64,000 nucleotides of DNA, taken from NCBI GenBank assembly GCA_001780035.1, contig MFEY01000007.1, positions 262,343-326,342 of the forward strand, in the 5' to 3' direction. The DNA is from Candidatus Doudnabacteria bacterium RIFCSPHIGHO2_12_FULL_48_16. Lineage in GTDB: Bacteria; Patescibacteriota; Doudnabacteria; UBA920; O2-02-FULL-48-8. The notes beneath the pieces were generated by a model, which saw nothing but the letters and a program-made list of their open reading frames with translations, was not told where the DNA came from and did no database searches. The translations under genes were made by a program, and so were the position numbers. Numbering within the stretch: position 1 is the stretch's first letter; each line of letters begins with the position of its first letter. Shown here one piece after another: positions 60,572 through 64,000 of the stretch.

Positions 60572-61219
60572 TTAAATAATAGCTCTAATCTCCGCCAGGG
60601 TGTTCACCACTTGCCAGGCCAAAGTTTCCAAAATTTTATCTTCAAACTCCGTTCGCACCGCGATGCCCTTACCAGTAATTTTAAACAATTCATGATCGTT
60701 GTCGCTATCGCCGATCACGGCGCATTGTTCCGGTTGCAGATTATTTTTCTTTAAAAATTCGTGAAATTGTTTTAGTTTCAATTCCCCTTGTTTCCACTCG
60801 TATTTAAAATCCAAAATCCGGCCGTGATCGTCCCAATTCAGTTTCGTGTTGTAATAAAAATTTTCCACGCCCACCTTGCGCGCCACAATTTGGGCATTTA
60901 GATCAGTCGACCCGGTAATTAAGCAAATGACGATGCCTTTGGTTTTTAAATACTCAATCAAACTGACCGCATCAGGCCGCAGAGCCATCGCTTCCATGGC
61001 GTTAGTAAAATTTTCACGAGTGTCTTTGCCGTATCGTTTCCATAATGCCAAAATTCGGGCATTGGCCTCTTCGTGGGTAATCTTACCTGAGCGCTCCAAC
61101 TCCACCACTTCCAAATCTTCTGCCCATGTCCCGCCCATGGCCAACATCAGCTGCTGCCAGGAATTTTTCTCAGTCAGCGTGCCGTCGATATCAAAAACAA
61201 CCGCCTTAATTTCCGGCAT
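60572..61219 (-). CDS. HAD hydrolase, phosphoserine phosphatase-like
   Basis: FDIDGTL, ITGS, K, IGDSDND. Confidence 0.85.
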   Translation of the reverse strand: MPEIKAVVFDIDGTLTEKNSWQQLMLAMGGTWAEDLEVVELERSGKITHEEANARILALWKRYGKDTRENFTNAMEAMALRPDAVSLIEYLKTKGIVICLITGSTDLNAQIVARKVGVENFYYNTKLNWDDHGRILDFKYEWKQGELKLKQFHEFLKKNNLQPEQCAVIGDSDNDHELFKITGKGIAVRTEFEDKILETLAWQVVNTLAEIRAII

Positions 61220-61682
61220 TCATATCCCTTAAATCAAATTTTTCAATAGCCGTGCCGTCGTGGTTATAATAAAATTCGCCTTCAAATTTCTGCCCGGCCA
61301 AAAATTTGGGCATCCAATATTTATCTTCCAGCCACATTTGTTCAAACGGAATGTCTTCAAACCGAAACCACTGCGGCCGCATTTCCTCGGTTTCCATCGG
61401 CTCGCCGGACCAAGTCCGGACCAGATACAGATTCACTTCCTGATCCCAATCCGGATTGTTGGTAAAATAAAATTCCATCCGACCAAGCTTAATCAAATCT
61501 TGCCGGTTGATTTGTACCCCGATCTCTTCCGCTGTCTCGCGCACGGCCGCGCTCGCCAAATCCTCGCCGGGTTCCGGCTTGCCGCCATAACCGTTCCATT
61601 TGCCGGCGCCGAAGCCTCGTTTTTTCATGGCCAACAGAATTTCCTGTTCTTTGACCAACAAACAAAGGGTCGTTTGCCTCAT
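61206..61682 (-). CDS. 8-oxo-dGTP diphosphatase-like Nudix hydrolase
   Basis: KKRGFGAGKWNGYGGK...RETAEEIG, ETEEMRPQWF. Confidence 0.88.
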   Translation of the reverse strand: MRQTTLCLLVKEQEILLAMKKRGFGAGKWNGYGGKPEPGEDLASAAVRETAEEIGVQINRQDLIKLGRMEFYFTNNPDWDQEVNLYLVRTWSGEPMETEEMRPQWFRFEDIPFEQMWLEDKYWMPKFLAGQKFEGEFYYNHDGTAIEKFDLRDMNAGN

Positions 61683-63997
61683 ATTTTTATTTTCTGCATC
61701 TCGCACCAGTTCAAACCAGCTTTGGCGTGCGCCTCAATCGGCACCTGGAGTTTATACACCGATTCCATGATTGGTTTAATTTTAGCTGCATACTTTTCCG
61801 CATCAGTTTTTTTGACCTCAAAGACCAATTCATCATGTACGGACAGTAGCATGTTCGCCCCGGGAATTTCCTTTTCAATTTGAATCATGGCCATTTTGAT
61901 GATGTCAGCGGCTAGCGACTGGATGGGCATATTGACCGCCTGGCGTTCAGCGGCTGCGCGGACGGCAAACACCGGCGAATTGATCTCCGGAAAATAACGG
62001 ACGCGGCCGAGTGGATTCTCGATCCGGCCTTGCTGGTGCGCCACATCAATCATATTGTCGATAAAGTTCCGCAGTTTGGGAAAGGCCTGGTAATACTTTT
62101 TGATATACTCTGCCGCTTCCCCGCGCTCCATATCGCTGCGCGATGACAGGCCAAATGCCGACACGCCATACAGAATGCTGAAGTTGATGGTTTTGGCATC
62201 CCGCCGCTGGTTGGCAGTCACATCCGATTCTGGCACGCCAAAAATTCTGGCCGCTGTGGCTGTATGAAAATCACCTTTGGCGGAAAAAATCTTGATCATT
62301 TCCGAATCACCTGACAGTGAAGCGGCGATCCGCAATTCAATCTGAGAATAATCCAAGGATAACAAAATATTGCCGCGACCAGCGACAAAAGCCTTGCGCA
62401 CTTCATTGCCCAAGTCAGACCGGATCGGGATATTTTGCAGATTGGGATTAATGGAGCTCAACCGGCCCGTGGCAGCAATCGTCTGGCTGTAGGTGGTATG
62501 AATCCGACCGTCCCGGCCAACCAATTGCGGCAGGGCGTCGACATAAGTTGATTTGAGTTTGGTCAATTCCCGATATTCGAAAATCAAATCAATGATCGGA
62601 TGGAGTCCGCGCATTTTTTCCAGTTCCCCCGCCGCAGTCGAAATGCCGCCGGATTTTTTGTTCTTTTTCAAATTTTCAGTTGAAATCCGCAATTTTTCAA
62701 ACAAAATTTCCCGCAGCTGTTTGGGTGAAGCGATATTAAAATCCCCGCCGGCCAGTTTGTGAATCTCTTTGGTCAACTGCTTGATCCGTTTATCCAGTTG
62801 TACCGATAAATCTTTGAGCCACTTCAAATCGACCTTAATGCCGCGCCGCTGCATCTTCGCCAGCACCTCCATCAAAGGTATTTCTATTTCCTGAAAAATT
62901 TTGACCAGTTTCGTTTTGTGCAACTGGGCAGCCAAGTCCTGCCAATCACTGGCTTCATACTCGCGCTGGCCCGGATTGAGCAGATACGCTGCCAGCAGGG
63001 CCTGAGCATCGTTTTTAATCAAGGCATTCGGTTCAGTTTTCCGTATCTTGATTCCTGATTCTCGATTTTTGATTCCTTCTTTCAACCCGCCCGGCAGGCG
63101 CGCATCCAAAGCCCGGACACCCAAAGCATGCAGCAGCTTTAAAACTTCGCCCTGATCATAATCACCCATGATGCACTTTTCAAAATCGAAATCTCCGCCG
63201 GAGGCGGATCCGCCTTTGGCGGACAAACTCAACTCCGCTTTTTGATCAATGTGCGCCAATTTTTGGGATAAATAAGCTTTAGCTTTGCCGTCCTGGAGTT
63301 TTTTCAGCGTTCCGGGTTTGATTTTTGCACTATTGGCATCGACTGCTTCATACACACCATCCAAACTGCCAAAAGTTTTGATCAACTCCAACGCGCCCTT
63401 TTCCCCAATCCCGGGCACGCCCGGAATATTATCCGAGGTGTCGCCGCGAATGGCCTTGTAATCGACCCACTGCGAGGGGTGTAGGCCATAAACTTCGGCC
63501 ATCTTATCGATGTCAAAAATTTGGATATCGGAAAAGCCGATTTTGAACCGGTAAACGTGGGTATGATTGTCAATCAGTTGCAGCAGGTCCAGATCGCCGG
63601 TGACGATCATGTTGAGGACGTCTTTGCTGGTCTTGTGCGAAATGATCCCGAGCAGATCATCGGCTTCATAACCGGCTTTTTCATAAATCGGAATGTCCAA
63701 CGCATTTAAAATTTCTTTAAGTTTTGGCGTCTGCATACTGAGTTCATCCGGCATCGGTTTGCGGGTCGCTTTGTAATCCGCAGCCATGTCATCGCGAAAA
63801 ATTTTGCCCGGCATATCAAACGTGACCAAGGCGTGCGTGGGTTTGATATCCACCAAGGACTTAAACAGCATGGATAAAAACCCAAAAATTGCCCCGGTCG
63901 GAAATCCGTCCGGCGCCGTCATGTTGGGAATGGCGTGAAAGGCGCGGTAAAACAACGCGTGCCCATCAATTAACAGCAATTTTTTCTTGAATTCCAT
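61679..63997 (-). CDS. polA: DNA polymerase I (5'-3' exonuclease + polymerase, reduced middle domain)
   Basis: LIDGHALFYRAFHA, EADD, TGRLSS..PNLQNIP, DYSQIELR, VHDEL. Confidence 0.97.
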   Translation of the reverse strand: MEFKKKLLLIDGHALFYRAFHAIPNMTAPDGFPTGAIFGFLSMLFKSLVDIKPTHALVTFDMPGKIFRDDMAADYKATRKPMPDELSMQTPKLKEILNALDIPIYEKAGYEADDLLGIISHKTSKDVLNMIVTGDLDLLQLIDNHTHVYRFKIGFSDIQIFDIDKMAEVYGLHPSQWVDYKAIRGDTSDNIPGVPGIGEKGALELIKTFGSLDGVYEAVDANSAKIKPGTLKKLQDGKAKAYLSQKLAHIDQKAELSLSAKGGSASGGDFDFEKCIMGDYDQGEVLKLLHALGVRALDARLPGGLKEGIKNRESGIKIRKTEPNALIKNDAQALLAAYLLNPGQREYEASDWQDLAAQLHKTKLVKIFQEIEIPLMEVLAKMQRRGIKVDLKWLKDLSVQLDKRIKQLTKEIHKLAGGDFNIASPKQLREILFEKLRISTENLKKNKKSGGISTAAGELEKMRGLHPIIDLIFEYRELTKLKSTYVDALPQLVGRDGRIHTTYSQTIAATGRLSSINPNLQNIPIRSDLGNEVRKAFVAGRGNILLSLDYSQIELRIAASLSGDSEMIKIFSAKGDFHTATAARIFGVPESDVTANQRRDAKTINFSILYGVSAFGLSSRSDMERGEAAEYIKKYYQAFPKLRNFIDNMIDVAHQQGRIENPLGRVRYFPEINSPVFAVRAAAERQAVNMPIQSLAADIIKMAMIQIEKEIPGANMLLSVHDELVFEVKKTDAEKYAAKIKPIMESVYKLQVPIEAHAKAGLNWCEMQKIKI
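63194..63225 (-). repeat. 32-bp double-hairpin repeat inside polA
   Basis: exact reverse complement of 38328-38359; encodes SAKGGSASGG. Confidence 0.9.
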
Positions 63998-64000
63998 GTC

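Noticed and set aside
1-64000. CRISPR array or cas genes
   Set aside because: No regularly spaced direct repeats with unique spacers; the repeats are dispersed palindromes.
1-64000. TGA recoded to Gly (code 25)
   Set aside because: Conserved genes are full length in code 11, and ychF, gdhA and polA end at TGA at the expected positions.

Overview
Core chromosomal window of a standard-code (TGA = stop) bacterium. Gene content, Shine-Dalgarno-poor/leaderless core genes and large secreted proteins suggest Patescibacteria/CPR (inference only). It carries uvrA, uvrC, uvrB, ruvA, polA, rpoB-rpoC, rpsF-ssb-rpsR-efp, rpsT, secG, rnj, trpS, valS (T-box leader, inserted Nudix domain), tsaD, tsaB-like, ychF, folD, two trxB paralogs, gdhA, an ECF sigma/anti-sigma pair, tRNA-Leu(CAG), tRNA-Glu(UUC), an AT-rich restriction-modification-like island, and several self-contained SD-led ORFan cassettes. 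The most striking signal is a layer of short palindromic elements. They are inserted in frame in uvrA, uvrC, ssb, valS, polA and a Gmad2-like gene. They flank a DUF559-type nuclease and accompany a GIY-YIG pseudogene at a duplicated tRNA-Glu 5' end. They sit exactly on the trpS and tsaD start codons. They also split an 87-nt tRNA-Leu gene in its D-loop, with one insert carrying a whole second tRNA-Leu (a tRNA nested in a tRNA). No CRISPR array, rRNA, integrase or transposase was seen. All calls are by eye; no searches were run.
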